The notes beneath the pieces are model-generated. The model ran no database searches and was not told the origin of the DNA. It saw only the letters and a list, made by a program, of their open reading frames with translations. Shown here one piece after another: positions 26,024-39,209 of a DNA stretch of 64,000 nt. The position numbers and the translations under genes were made by a program. This DNA comes from Lytechinus pictus (lineage: Eukaryota): contig NC_087245.1 of NCBI RefSeq assembly GCF_037042905.1, forward strand, positions 12,650,001-12,714,000, in the 5' to 3' direction. Within the stretch, counting starts at the first letter, position 1. Every line of letters begins with the position of its first letter.

Positions 26024-28929
26024 AAGAGAGTTCATCTGTGATAATAGATTTAATTTCACCTGATCACTTACAATATTCACAATAGGTTCATTTTGTAATT
26101 ATTTGTCAGTGAACATACAATTATCAAAATCATGTTGCAAAATTAGAAAATGCTAATTTTATTGGTTATTTGTAATTGTAAGACCTCACAGGATTGTTGC
26201 AAAAAATTCATTGAAATAAGTCCTTAAGATCAGTCACATATCTCTAGTGCAGACATCTTGGGCCTGTTCCATATATTAACTTTTGCCATGAAAAAATAAC
26301 CCTGGCCAACAAAATATTGGCAGAGTTTTTCTTTTTTGCAACGGGTCCTTAGGATCTGTTGATTTTGGTAACTGGGGTATGCCAGTGGTAATAGCTAAAA
26401 AAAATTGTTTCTTTGCCACAACAGAAGAAAAAAATGAGGGTTGATCATTCAGTATTTTTTTAGGTATGATATGAAAGAGTTTCTAGATCTTACTTTCATA
26501 TGGATATTTGTGATGTTCTGGCCAGTGTCCTTTGCTTACAAAGATTTTTTCCTGATAAGGCTCAACAGCCAATGAATTATACAGGTTTCCATGAAAATCA
26601 CCATATCAAATGTAAGTTTGGATCAGCTGGAGATAAAATTGTGATTGATTTCCCAACCTGGATCCCATTTTGTCTTATAGATTTCATGATATACATGTAT
26701 TCATATTGATGGCAACTTATAAGATTTGATCTCAGCTTCCATCTCTTCAGTACACAGTCCTGAGCAGTCTCAAAGGTTGAATCAATTGTAACTCCTGACC
26801 CAGGAATATGATAATTAATAGGCATATTTATATTTGATTCTTTTAGGACTATATTTTTGCATGAAAATGTGAAGAATTAAAAATTGTAATAAAGATTCAG
26901 TGTGTACCATTGCAACTCATTAAGGTATTCAGGAATTTTGAAAACTGTTTGCGGTGTGAGACAGCCAAACTTTTGTATCATGATTAAAAGCATTCTTGAT
27001 GTAGAAGACAATGCATAGCATACAGAGTGAAATAAAATAGTTTTGACAAAGCAAGAATTCATATTTTATATTTGATTTTATTTGTTTTACATTAACAAGT
27101 ATACATATGCCAAATTGGTTGCTAAACTTCAGTGAATGTCTTCAATTATTCACTCAAGTTCCATGAAGGTAATTTAATGAATAATGGAGGGATGAATGAA
27201 ATGACTTTTTAAAGACTTCAAATAATCAAATAATGGTCCTGTGGGAGGATAGAATTGTGATTTGACCATAAATTGCAGTTGATTTTGTCAAATTCAAAAT
27301 AATCCAAAGGATGGTTAATCTTTCATCATGATAATCTGATGTTCTCAAACTTTGATAGGGGTAAAAAAAATTGTAAGAGTTATTGATTTTTCTTACTCAT
27401 GTCCTGATCAAACATTTTAACTCGAGCATGATTAAATCTAAGGTTAACCATATTAAAAAGCAATTTTGTAATGTAATAATTGAATATTATCCAGGAATGA
27501 AAAGTTTAAGAAAAGCCTGGTCATACCAAATCCGGTTTGAGCAATCATGTTTTCAACCAAATCCTCCCCCCCCCCCCAAAAAAAAGATATCCAATAAAAA
27601 CAATTTTGATTACTGTTTTAGTTATAATGACAAAGGGCTGGATTTATGTAAGTTACTGTAACAGTATTATTTCATCAATTTTTCTTCATGCCCCGTGTAC
27701 CAGAATTGGCCAATTTAGTGCCATGATAAGTTTTTTCAATGGGCGGGGACTTTCCTTTCTGGATAAAAATAGAAACCAGAAATTACCTGTCTTCGTAATG
27801 GACAATACCCAACATCTTTACTAACACATATTTCAGTTTAATATGAACATATATTTAGAATATTATCCATATTTCAAACTCGTGCAGTTTTGACTTTTCC
27901 AGCATTACTGGAACATTTCAAAAGAACATGAAAACATGTTTTACATATGATATCTGTATAACGCACATACACCCTAGCATGAGTAATCTCTGGCATACTT
28001 TTTTGCATTTCTGTAATCATGCAGGGAGGGCTTCATTGGAAAACAGATCTTAATCTGTGATTTAATCTTCAGAAGGCAAAGATTCATAAATTATGGTAAT
28101 GTTCAGGGAAATGCAATAACTATCTTTTGGTTTCCTAAACATGTACATGTGTAATTGCAGGACTTGCAGAAATTATGGCTTCACTATGAAACAATATAAG
28201 TTCATATTATCGACACAAAATCCAAAAATAGCACTCTGTTGAAAAATGGCTTCCCTAATTTACCATCAAACATCGTACAGTGCAATATTACAACAGGGTG
28301 ATGGAGACTCAGCAAATGACTAAGAGAGAGAGAGGGAGATAGAAAATGGAGGGATGGAGAATAGTTATACAATCATATAGCATTTGCTTTACAAGTGTAA
28401 CGCTTTTTAGGATTTCCAGCAAGTCCCATATGATTTATATCAAAACATGATAAAAATGTTCGTAATTAATTATTTTTATTATATTAAAGTAAACAAGTGA
28501 TGAATATAATTAAATTCAACTTGATGTAGCTACATCAACTTAAATCCTCCAAATGTCAGAAAATTTCATTTACTTTTTCCCCATAAATTTCATCAATAAG
28601 GACTTTTCAAGTTCACCCATGGACTACTACTACGTCATGATACTACTCAAGTAGTCTGCATTGTGTTAACAGTATACAAGATGGGTGAGCTGTAGCACTG
28701 CGATACACAAAGCATGCACAAGCACACACTGTCCATTATTTTAACAAAAAGGTGTTCTTTGGAAAACTATGAAATACTTGCATAGCAGTCTACTAGTCAA
28801 CGTGTAAATCAAAAAGTTGCAATCATAGCTTTCAAACATTTGACTTGCTCTAGACGAACATACGAGTGCTATATTTTGGTACACTTTCGAATGTTCTTGT
28901 CTATTGAATGTTCATTCGGTGATCTCTTT

Positions 28930-29150
28930 TCAACTCTCTCCTGTAGATTCCCCGCATTCAAAACGAGCAAAGTCCACAACCTCAACATTTTCTTGAAGCA
29001 ATAGTTCTCCAACTGTAAGGCTTGGATCCAATAAATATTCCTGATTCACCATCTCATCCGTCTCTGTTTCTGAAGATGATGATGGCACAGGGGCATCATC
29101 GTCAGTTGGGTCAGAATCTGGTGGTTGAGCTGTCTCCTTTGATTCCAGCT
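28930..29150 (-). CDS. TSFM: Mitochondrial elongation factor Ts, last coding exon
   Basis: ttccag acceptor. Encodes (E)[10 protein letters not shown]...[44 protein letters not shown], with the EF-Ts C-terminal QxYLLDPSxTV...DFxRFECGE motif. Confidence 0.95.
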
Positions 29151-30006
29151 CTGGAAAATTATTTAAAGGATAAATGAGAAACGAAAATAACTGAATTTGA
29201 TATCCAGAGCATGAAAAACAGGGATTTTTACTCACTAGAAATTTCAAGAAAATCTCTATTCTAAGTGAGGGTCTATTAGAAATAACATAGAACTTTGAGT
29301 AATACTCTCCAGACAAGAAATAATCTTCACTTACTTTTTTGGGTTTTAAATCAAGAGATTTCATTCTCAATGAAGAGCATGAAATCAAGAGGTGGTGCAA
29401 TGGGGGGGGGGGGGTGGGGGATGATAGTCCTTTGATATTCAAGTAGTGACAAAGAGGAGAAAAAAGAAAAGAGCAGAAGGGAAAGAAGGAAGAAGAGTAT
29501 TATATGAGAGGTTGGAGTCACAACATTTTACATGAATGTTTCCTAGGTAATTGGTTATATACCAGCTTGGTCTTTACCAGCAAAATGGTGTCCTGCCAAG
29601 TTCCTACGGGAGTTACCGTAAACAAACAGAATGCAAAAATGTATGTCACCAGTAGGTCTTCCAAAACCATTTAAAACTATGCCTATAGGCTATAGCTGAT
29701 GTACAATATATGAAATTTATTGTACTGATTTATTGTACGGCAGGATTAATTCCTTGAATGCACTAAGCGCCTTTAGCAGCTGGAGCTACAGCCAGGGTAA
29801 TATATGGTCCACCATTGAATAGGAAACTAGATAAATCGGCACCTCATAAATGCTATATTATTATTATTATTATTACTGACTGAAATTGATACTCATGCTT
29901 AACCAATACAGGCCAAACTACACACCTGATAAATTACACAACCAGAAATGTATATTTTTCTTGGTAATACATCTAGATCAAATGTATTATAAAAAAAAAC
30001 ACTTAC

Positions 30007-30213
30007 CCTCAGGATCTGGTGGTGAATACACCCCTATTCTAAGTGGATTCATCCCAACAACGTGCTGTGATAGCCTCCTCCCAAGCACCTCTGGGCGGAA
30101 ATTGGGTGTTGTTTCTCCCAAGTTCTTGAAGACAACAATGGCGGCATATTTACCCATGGTGCACTTGCCCTGGTTGTCCTGGGGCTTTTGAAGTGCTGAA
30201 TGAACATAAGAAC
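30007..30213 (-). CDS. TSFM: EF-Ts(mt) coding exon
   Basis: catag|...|gtaagt, 207 nt. Encodes GSYVHSAL...MGKYAAIV...LGRRLSQHVVGMNPLRIG. Confidence 0.95.
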
Positions 30214-30917
30214 CTATGAAACAAAACAAAAGCGATTGCAATTTAATTTCAGCCCAGTTGACACTGTGTTGAATTATATTGGTGACATAAATTGAGGAAA
30301 CAGAATTGAAATTGATGAAGAAATGACAAAGAATTAATTTTTGTGATTTATGAATAAATTTTGTATAAATTGGCATGAATAAATCGGTATCGGTCAACAA
30401 ATATATGAAGCATTTTTTGTAAGTTTTGATAAATATGCATAAATTAGCGTATTTAATAAGTTTCAAAATTCTGTGTAGAAGTTTTGAATCCCTATCATAT
30501 AAAGCAAAAAAATTTAAATCGAACTTGAAATGACAAAGAAGCATTTTGAAATTATGGACGGACGACGGACGCAACGACACGGCACAAGCTCATCCGGGCC
30601 GGATGAGTTAAAAATGTGATAAACAGACTTCCCAAAAGCATATCTCCTCCAGCACCACCAAATAAGGGTAGAGGCATACAAATTCATAACAAGCCATTAC
30701 ATTTTTATAATGGGATATTGTACTCTCTGAACATTCATCTCATACATATATTAAATGCTTTTCATATCTTTTCATCATGAGGTTAGTGGCTTATGCCAAG
30801 ATCAGGAGTATTCACTCATGTCCAAAATACACACTAGGAAGCTATATAAATATCATGAAATTAATCTCATCTATCTAAATTTGATTTGAGCTCTTAGTGA
30901 ATGATCCCACATCTTAC

Positions 30918-31068
30918 CAATGAACAATTCTTGAGGTGCTTCTAGATACAGCCCTCTCCTGATTGACATGTTCTCCCCGACCTGACCTATCGTCAAGGCT
31001 GTCAGATCTTCCATTGATTTACCATCCTCACCCACTGATGACTTCATATCTTCGGCAGATAGAGGGAG
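30918..31068 (-). CDS. TSFM: EF-Ts(mt) coding exon
   Basis: aacag|...|gtaaga, 151 nt. Encodes LPLSAEDMKSSVGEDGKSMEDLTALTIGQVGENMSIRRGLYLEAPQELFI(G), with the IGxxGENMxxRR motif. Confidence 0.95.
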
Positions 31069-32312
31069 CTGTTCAAAATAATGAATGAAACAACAAACGC
31101 ATCATCAAAAAGATGTGTAGATTACATTTGGATTGAACATACATTCCAGTAATAATCATAAAATGAATGCAAACGGAATTCAACAAAATGCACACCTGCA
31201 TGGTTGGGTGTATAAATAAAGTTAAGTACCAAATGATTCTGTTTGAATTGCTGAATAATTCACAAAATGACGATGCATTCAGTTAAGAGATAGGAGTTTT
31301 CCAAGCAATAATACATAGAAGTGCTGTGTGCATTTTTGCATGAAAAATTTTCAGCATACTTGGTTTTCAGAACACACTACATTTTCTCCTAAATGTACAT
31401 AAGTAAGGATTAATGAATTAACTTGTTAGCACATCATCTAAGTAAACAATCTGGTTGCATAGTCTAGATGCTGGGTGGATGGATTGATAGCAATCCATCT
31501 TGATTTCAAAGATTTTCTCTTCAAATTATTGCCAACTATTACCTCTTGAGTTGGCTTCAACTGTGATTAATATCCACTTGGTCTACTAGCAGATGGTCTA
31601 ATTCTCAGATCATGTAATACCATCATGGTTAAACCCACTTAGTCTATCATTTAGTCTAACGCCTGTAAGGTCTATTTTCCATTTTGTCTCCATATTAATT
31701 AGCACTTTACCAAATGAAAATTTCGTTCATATACAGTTCACCTAATCATATATACCAATTAGTGTTAGATAAAAGTGGATATTAGACAAAGTGGTAAATG
31801 GCCTAAATGGAAATTAGACCAAATTAATAGGAGGCGAACTGGTTGTAGACTAAATAGGATTAATTAGACTATATGGAATGAGACCAAACAGATAAATAGA
31901 CAAATAGCAAGTGTTGACCAAGTAATATACCTTTAAAATATTGTGTAAGTAAACATTCAATTCTATACTCAACATTTTCGACCGACAAATTGTCAAGACC
32001 TGACAACTTTCCTTGATTATGATTGGCTTAGAGGCACTGTTACCATTGTAACTGTCAGATAAAACAGTACTTGTCGGATAAAACGTCTGACAAGTCCTTC
32101 ATAAAACGCTCCCCAGATGCTTAGTAGAACTGTGGAAGATGAACTAACGGCAACTTATCTTGATATCAATTTTTTTCTTTTTAAATCATTGAGCACCTGA
32201 GTTTGCTTCAACTATAGGGAACCAGATGTGACATTGTCTATGTTTTTCTGTTCCATATGTTATAAAATTGATATTTAACATCCCATTGTACACATATTGT
32301 AACTCAACTTAC

Positions 32313-32432
32313 TTTCAAAATATCCTGATTTGCATGTTTGCCTTTCTGACTTAGGAGGGCAGCAGACACTACATGGCTAACAAGGTTCTGGAACTTGGCA
32401 TTACGTGCTACAAAATCAGTCTCACAATTCAC
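32313..32432 (-). CDS. TSFM: EF-Ts(mt) coding exon
   Basis: cacag|...|gtaagt, 120 nt. Encodes VNCETDFVARNAKFQNLV..., the EF-Ts TDFV signature. Confidence 0.97.
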
Positions 32433-32989
32433 CTGTGAACGAGGAAAAAGTAGAAATGAAATGAAAAGGCTGATTTCCAGGCCCATATCTATCAAATTAG
32501 TACAAATACATGAAAATGTTAATTTATTTATTTTAAGGATGATTTACATGCATTTATAATCATAAATTTGAATTCTTTAAATAACATTTTAAAACAATTG
32601 ATATTTACCTCATCACTCTCTGTAATATCCTGATCAAATGTATTTTTCAAAAAAGGTTTGATTTGAGAAATTTTTGTTGTGAATTTTATTAGTTTTATTT
32701 TCTTATGAAATCCCATGGTATTTTACTCTTTTGTTCATTTAACTTTTTATAAAGTGTTGTTGGTAAAAATCATTTTGTTCATAAATAGCATGAATTATTT
32801 GATTTTATTCAAAGCTAGAATGATAATACATTTGTGACTCTTAACAGCTGACACAGCCTTTCTAAAAGAACTGTACATGAACATTTCAAAGCAATTATCT
32901 ATTTCAATTTTTATGTTGACATTATGTGATATGATTTGTGTCTTTTGAAGCATACAGAAAGATTTTACAAAATTGGGTTAAAGTATTAC

Positions 32990-33118
32990 CTCAACCATAA
33001 TAGCAGAGTTAGACTGACACATGACCCCTATAAGACCCTGAGCTGTAACTCTTCCCTGTAGTTTGGTAGCCTTGCTCCAACCTTCCTTTTGGGCCTGCTC
33101 TCTCAACCAAACCTCTGC
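32990..33118 (-). CDS. TSFM: EF-Ts(mt) coding exon
   Basis: tttag|...|gtaata, 129 nt. Encodes [43 protein letters not shown]. Confidence 0.97.
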
Positions 33119-33223
33119 CTAAAATATAAAAAAAACCATGTGAGGCATAGAGTAAACTAGTGATGATTGTGCTTCAAATCTGCTCTACATCCAGAATACA
33201 CGATGCTTTCCAATATCATTTAT

Positions 33224-34436
33224 AAAACAAGTGGAACGCCTCTGGCAGTCTCGCCTGCATTACGCGATTTAATATAGCAGCAGTGCTAACTTTGAAAACT
33301 ACTATAAAATAATCATTCACAAAAACTCCATTCATATAATGACATAATACCACGTTCATTGACCATAAATGACATTTGAACGGTGACTTAAGACTTGTCA
33401 ACTACATCCATGTCCACATTTCAATCACTATCTATAAACTTTCAAAGTTATGATGGCAATTCAACAATTACCCCAACATGGCCTAAGTTTATTGACCTTA
33501 ACTGACCTTTGACCTTGGTTTTGTGACCTGAAACTCACAAAGGATGTTCAGTGATACTTGATTACTCTTATATCCCAAGTTTTATGAACTAGATCCATAA
33601 ACTTTCAGAGTTAGGATGGTAATTTAACAAATACCCCCAACACGGCCAAAGTTCATTGACCTTAAATGACCATTGACCATGGTCATGTGACCTGAAACTC
33701 GTACAGGATGTTCAGTGATACTTGATTACTCTTATGTCCAAGTTTTATGAACTAAATCCGTAAACTTTCAGAGTTAGGATGGTAATTTAACAAATACCCC
33801 CAACACGGCCGAAGTTCATTGACCTTAAATGACCATTGACCATGGTCATGTGACCTGAAACTCGCACATGATGTTTGCTAATACTTGATTAACCTTATGT
33901 CCAAGTTTCATGAACTAGATCCATAAATTTTCAAAGTTATGATAGTAATTCAACAAATACCCCCAACTTGACCAAAGTTCATTGACCCTAAATGACCTTT
34001 GACCTTGGTCACGTGACCTGAAACTCATGCAGGATGTTCACTAATACTTGATTAACCTTATGCCTAAGTAACATGAACTAGGTCCATATACTTTCTAAGT
34101 TATGATGTCATTTCAAAAACTTAACCTTCGGTTAAGATTTTGAAAATAATTCTCCCAACATGGTCAAAGTTCATTGACCCTAAATGACCTTTGACCTTGG
34201 TCATGTGAACTGAAACTCAGGCAGGATGTTTAGTAATACTTGATTAACCTCATGTCCAAGTTTCATGAACTAGGTCCATATACTTTCTAAGTTATGATGT
34301 CATTTCAAAAACTTAACCTTAGGTTAAGATTTGATGTTGACGCCGCCGCCGCCGCCGCCGTCGCCGCCGCCGTCGCCGTCGCCGTCGGAAAAGCGGCGCC
34401 TATAGTCTCGCTCTGCTATGCAGGCGAGACAAAAAA
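33224..34436 (-). mobile_element. HINE copy in TSFM intron, very similar to 18439-19623 in inverted orientation
   Basis: Reverse complement of the 18439 copy. The spurious ORFs 19447+ and 33216- translate almost identically. It has a longer (GCC)n tract. Confidence 0.85.
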
Positions 34437-35034
34437 CAGGTTATAAGTGGTTTTCTTCATATGTTTGTATTTGTTGCATGCACTGACTGCTCAATTTCAT
34501 AAAATAACAAAAGTTTTATGAATAACATAAAAGCCTGTGAAGAGCAATGGTAAAATTTTGAACGATCACTTTAACATTTCAATGTTACAAAAGGTCATGA
34601 CTGATAATGGAAAGAATCACTTTTAACTGGATGATCATTTCAACAAAAAAGATATTGTATTTCAGTGTGCAAAAAGGGGAAGTTCACCATGAAATCAAGT
34701 TGGTTTTGTTACAGGCAAACAAAAAATAGTGAAACATATCAATGAACATCTTACATTTTTATGTCATATGTGAGTTCTATCTTTGATTAAACTTTCCACT
34801 CACTATGCATTTTATTTGTGTTATTTTAAACCTAAATCCAGGCTTTTAAGATGCAAATGTATGATCTAAACAAAAATAGGAACATTTTTTTTAATACATG
34901 TAAATAACCAACTTTCAAAAAAGACTTACTAAAATTGAAATGAACAATATAGAGATCAAAGCTGTCATTCCATTGAAAATAATCTTTCTGTCCAGAATAT
35001 GACTTGATATCAATTCAATTTGGCCAAACAGTAC

Positions 35035-35213
35035 CTGATCAACATCATTATTGAATTTCTCAAGGGCCTTCCGGCAGTTTACAAAACTGAACCCAGTCTT
35101 CCTTCTCAGCTTCGCCAGATTTGCCTTGCTGTTTGTAGCAGCAGCTGTAGCCATCATCCTCATCATCATGATTGTTGATGGAAACTTTCTCGCTGAGAGA
35201 CAAATAGACATAC
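35035..35213 (-). CDS. TSFM: EF-Ts(mt) exon with presequence and N-terminal UBA-like domain (in-frame ATG at 35211)
   Basis: gacag|GT ATG...|gtactg. Encodes MSICLSARKFPSTIMMMRMMATAAATNSKANLAKLRRKTGFSFVNCRKALEKFNNDVDQ. Confidence 0.95.
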
Positions 35214-35349
35214 CTGTCAGGAAGAGAGTTATAAAGAAGCGAATATGAAATTGGGAAGGATTATAAAAGAAAACAAAAATACATATTTTATTGTTACAAT
35301 AGAAAAATACTCTGAAAATTCATTTCGCCCAATTTATTGTGAACACTGA

Positions 35350-35533
35350 AGCCACTGTGCAGCGACAGATCGACTTAGCTCTTGATAGTCTATCCCCTAT
35401 ATCATTTAATGCCAAACATGGTAGAAGCAACTCCTATCTTTTAACATCTTTTTGGTCTGACACAGCCTGGTCTTGAACTCCCAACCTCCTGGTTGTGAGA
35501 TGGACACTCTATTAACTGAGCTAACACAACGGA
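35350..35533 (-). mobile_element. Degenerate tRNA-derived SINE (third family)
   Basis: Minus strand reads tagctcagttaatagagtgtcc..gggagttcaagacc (A/B boxes), then gtcagaccaaaaagatgttaaaagatagg. Confidence 0.6.
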
Positions 35534-36194
35534 TGGCTCATGCAGCCCCAAAATATTGCCATCGTTGAGTTGGTGAAACCATTGAAAACTTCTGGAGTTC
35601 ACAATTTGCAGTGACCAAATGATAGGGGAGTTACACTAAAGACACTAAGACAGTGTGTGGTCACCACCTGATGGCAGGAAATTTTTTTTTTAATGAATGC
35701 AAGTGAGATTCTAAATAAAAAACTTAAAATAGGACCCAACACATAGACATGACAGGTAATAAGGTACAAAAAAGCTAAAGCGTTGAAGGCAATTAGGGTA
35801 TTTACTCAGAACTTATTTTTTATAAAGATGAAGTTATCTGCTGTGCACATGCATTACTTCCTTGATTCTGAATTCGAATCGTTTCGATTGGAAGTATGGT
35901 AAGGAGGTCTCCCAAGTCTGTTCAGTACCCCTAGCCCCTGTTTGATGAAATTTTCAGCATTCTGCGTGTTAGATTTTTCTCAATTGATTTAAATCAACAT
36001 TTTTCTGGGGTGGAATTGACCTTTAAGACAGATAATCATTCAAAAATCTTACTCAAAATGATGGAAAAATTTAATTTCAGGCATGTCATGTGACAGCCTC
36101 AAAATGCAGCCTTTTCTCATCAAAATCTCTTAATCATGAGTAAAGTGAGTGGGTGCGCAGACATGGGGCATCATTTCTTTTTATTTTTAAATCT

Positions 36195-37149
36195 AACAAG
36201 TGGAATGCCTCTGGCCGTCTCACCTGCATCACGCGATTCAATATAGCAGCAGTGCTGATTTTGAAAACTACTATAACTCGCACAAGATGTTCAGTGATAC
36301 TTGGTTACTCTTATTTCCACGTTTTATGAACTAGACCAATACACTTATAGAGATATGATGGCAATTCAACAAATACCCCCAACGTGGCCAAAGTTCTTTG
36401 ACCTTACATGACCTTTGACCTTGATCATGTGACCTGAAACTCGCACAGGATGTTCAGTGATACTTGATTACTATTATGTCCAAGTTTTATGAACTAGACC
36501 AACACACTTTCAAATTTATGGCTGTAATTCAACAAATACCCCAATTTGGCCAAAGTTCATTGACCCTAAATGACCTTTGACCTTGATCATGTGACCTGAA
36601 ACTTGCACAGGATGTTCAGTAATACTTGATTACTATTATGTCCAAGTTTCATGAATCAGATCCATAAACTTTCAAAGTTATGATGGTAATTCAACAGATA
36701 CCCCCAATTCGGCCAAAGTTCATTGACCCTAAATGACCTTTGACCTTGGTCATGTGATGTGAAACTCATGCAGGATGTTCAGTGATACTTGATTAACCTT
36801 ATGTATAAGTTTCATGAACTAGGTCCATATATTTTCTAAGTTATGATGACATTTCAAAAACTTAACCTTAGGTTAAGATTTTGATGTTGATTCCCCCAAC
36901 ATGGTCTAAGTTCATTGACCCTAAATGACCTTTGACCTTGGTCATGTGACATGAAACTCAGGCAGGATGTTCAGTAATACTTGATTAACCTTATGGCCAA
37001 GTTTCATGAACTAGGTCCATATACTTTCTAAGTTATGCTGTCATTTCAAAAACTTAACCTCAGGTTAAGATTTGGTGTTGACGCCGCCGCCGCCGTCGGA
37101 AAAGCGGCGCCTATAGTCTCACTCTGCTATGCAGCAGGTGAGACAAAAA
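36195..37149 (-). mobile_element. HINE copy (related subfamily)
   Basis: Same termini (aacaagtggaatgcctctgg..; ..tatagtctc..gagacaaaaa) and tandem cores of about 120 bp. Confidence 0.85.
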
Positions 37150-37866
37150 TGACAGACTGGCACTGGCCACTTGCTCACTGCAACCATCCTGCCTGTAGGG
37201 AATCTACAGGTAGGACTATGGTATGCCAATGCAGTACACATCACTTTAAAAAAATCATTAAAATATTACTTTTGTGACCAAAAATACTAATTTCCATACA
37301 GTTCCATTTTATTTTTCATTAGTAATTTTTGTATTCACCAGAGCGCCCCAAAACTTGAATTTTTGGCATATTTTTGTGTACACCCTCTACTGGTGGAAAG
37401 TAATATGGCAAGAAAATTTTCATTTTTCAATCTCTATTTTTAATTTAGAAAAAATAATTAAAAGAATCTGATTAGCTGAAATGGAATCTGACAGTGTCAA
37501 GCAATCAAGCATTTGTCATGTTTGTTCCAAAGAAAAAGAGAAAATAAGCCAAACATTGCCAACCTTATTTTGTCACACATGGAGTGCTAACAGAGAACAA
37601 GGTTATATCATAACCTTGTTCATTGAATAAGTGGCACTAGCCAAGTTTTAACAAGAAAAAAAAAATTATTTAAAGAATTTTAACGTTAGAGATTTTTAAA
37701 GAGATTTTTTGAATTTTGGCTCACTTACTCATAACAGGAAAACGATAATATATCAGGAACATTATCAAGAGATTTTTTTTGTGTGATAAATCTCAAGTTA
37801 ATTTTATAGGCCCCCCCACACACACACAGAAGGCACTCACACTTGTACGAGGTTAGTATGCTATAC

Positions 37867-38642
37867 TAACCTCGTACACCATACCGCGTTTGACCCTAGA
37901 TTTCTAAGTAGTCGGCAAACATCGCTTCATTGCAGAAGTAATATTTGCCGAAACTCCTTCCCGCTACTCATCGGGGCTCTTTTCGGTAAGTAGCAATACA
38001 ATATCATAATTTTTATATTGAAATTCAAAATCGAAATCGTACAAAAAAGAGCAAATTTGCTTACCTCGGCCTGGAAAGTGACTTTGCATGTCTCTTCTAC
38101 GGAAATACAAGGAAGCCCGTTGGTGGCGCTAATAAATTTCACAACCTTGATTCAGCTCCTCGGTAATTTTATAACTGTGTCTAAATTCTTTGAATGCGCA
38201 ATTCTTGATTATGGGCACCAATAAATGGAATACCTTCATAAACATAATTCAAGATTATTATTGGCGATGATAACACTTTTTGCAAATAATTTAAAACGAT
38301 GACTAATAATTAAAAAAATAAGAAAAAAATATACGTACCTGGAACGAAACCAGCAGTACAAAGCTTTAAGTTAACGAACGTCAATAATACTATAGTACGA
38401 TCTACCAAAGCCTATGAAAAGATTGAACACTTCACAGACTTCGCGTAATGCTTTGCGTCGATTTGCGTGTAAAATAATTTAGGTGCCTAGCATGCCTCAC
38501 CCAAGGGTTCATTACATGTCGCCGCGCACAGAAAATTCAAGCCATAGAAGTCGTGTGTTGTGGACCCAAGAAGTGAGATCCCAGCACGCGTGACCCACTA
38601 GTTAGAAATCCACTGCCAAACGCGGTTCGTGGTGCGAGGTTA
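37867..38642. mobile_element. TAACC..GGTTA TIR element (AcademH-like), flanked by termini of related elements
   Basis: TIRs taacctcgtacaccataccgcgtttg..gatttctaagtagt / actagttagaaatc..caaacgcggttcgtggtgcgaggtta. Flanks gtatgctatac and gtatactaac. Confidence 0.6.
38065..38089 (-). CDS. TSFM: Candidate first coding exon of TSFM (MQSHFPGR|G)
   Basis: ATG after an in-frame upstream TAG, strong donor GAG|gtaagc, and phase 1 matches the next exon (343-aa product). It lies inside a TIR-bounded segment, so it may be fortuitous. Confidence 0.4.
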
Positions 38643-39209
38643 GTATACTAACTAACCTCGCAATACGTGTGAGTGAGCATGCCTAGTCTTTCCCTTGTCA
38701 CGTGATGTTTTGAAATCGGCATGCGATGTTTTGAAATCAGCCGTGAATAATATGTGTGAGGCAGGAAGAGATACTGGCCCAAAATCACCAATTTTGAGGA
38801 TAACCGGAGGATGGAAACGGAGTGAAATACGGGGGTAGAGTAAGAATAAGATATTAAGTTATTCGTCTTTCTCGTTATATTTTTATTCTTTAATTTTTAC
38901 GATAAAATTATTTTCATCCCCCCCTTTGTGACTCGGTAATACGGTATATCCGAACTGGCTCACCGTCGGGTAGGTGGAGTGTAGTGTAGCGGTAGTGAAG
39001 TGGAGCCTGCACGAACTTCGCTCGAGGTAGCGTCAGTGGCGTAGCTAGGATTTTTTTCCTGGGGGGGCACTGGGGGGTCCTTGCTTTTTCAGGGGGGGGG
39101 GGCACCATTTTTTCCGGTGTGTGTGTATGTGTCACAAGGGCGGATCCCACTTTCGCCAATAGGGGACGGGGCCGAAATTATCTTCACCTATTCCTCGATC
39201 AGTCACTTC

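Noticed and set aside
37720..37740. ATGA|gtaagt on the minus strand as an alternative TSFM first exon
   Set aside because: The same motif occurs in a dispersed repeat (compare about 61108-61135), so it is probably repeat-derived.
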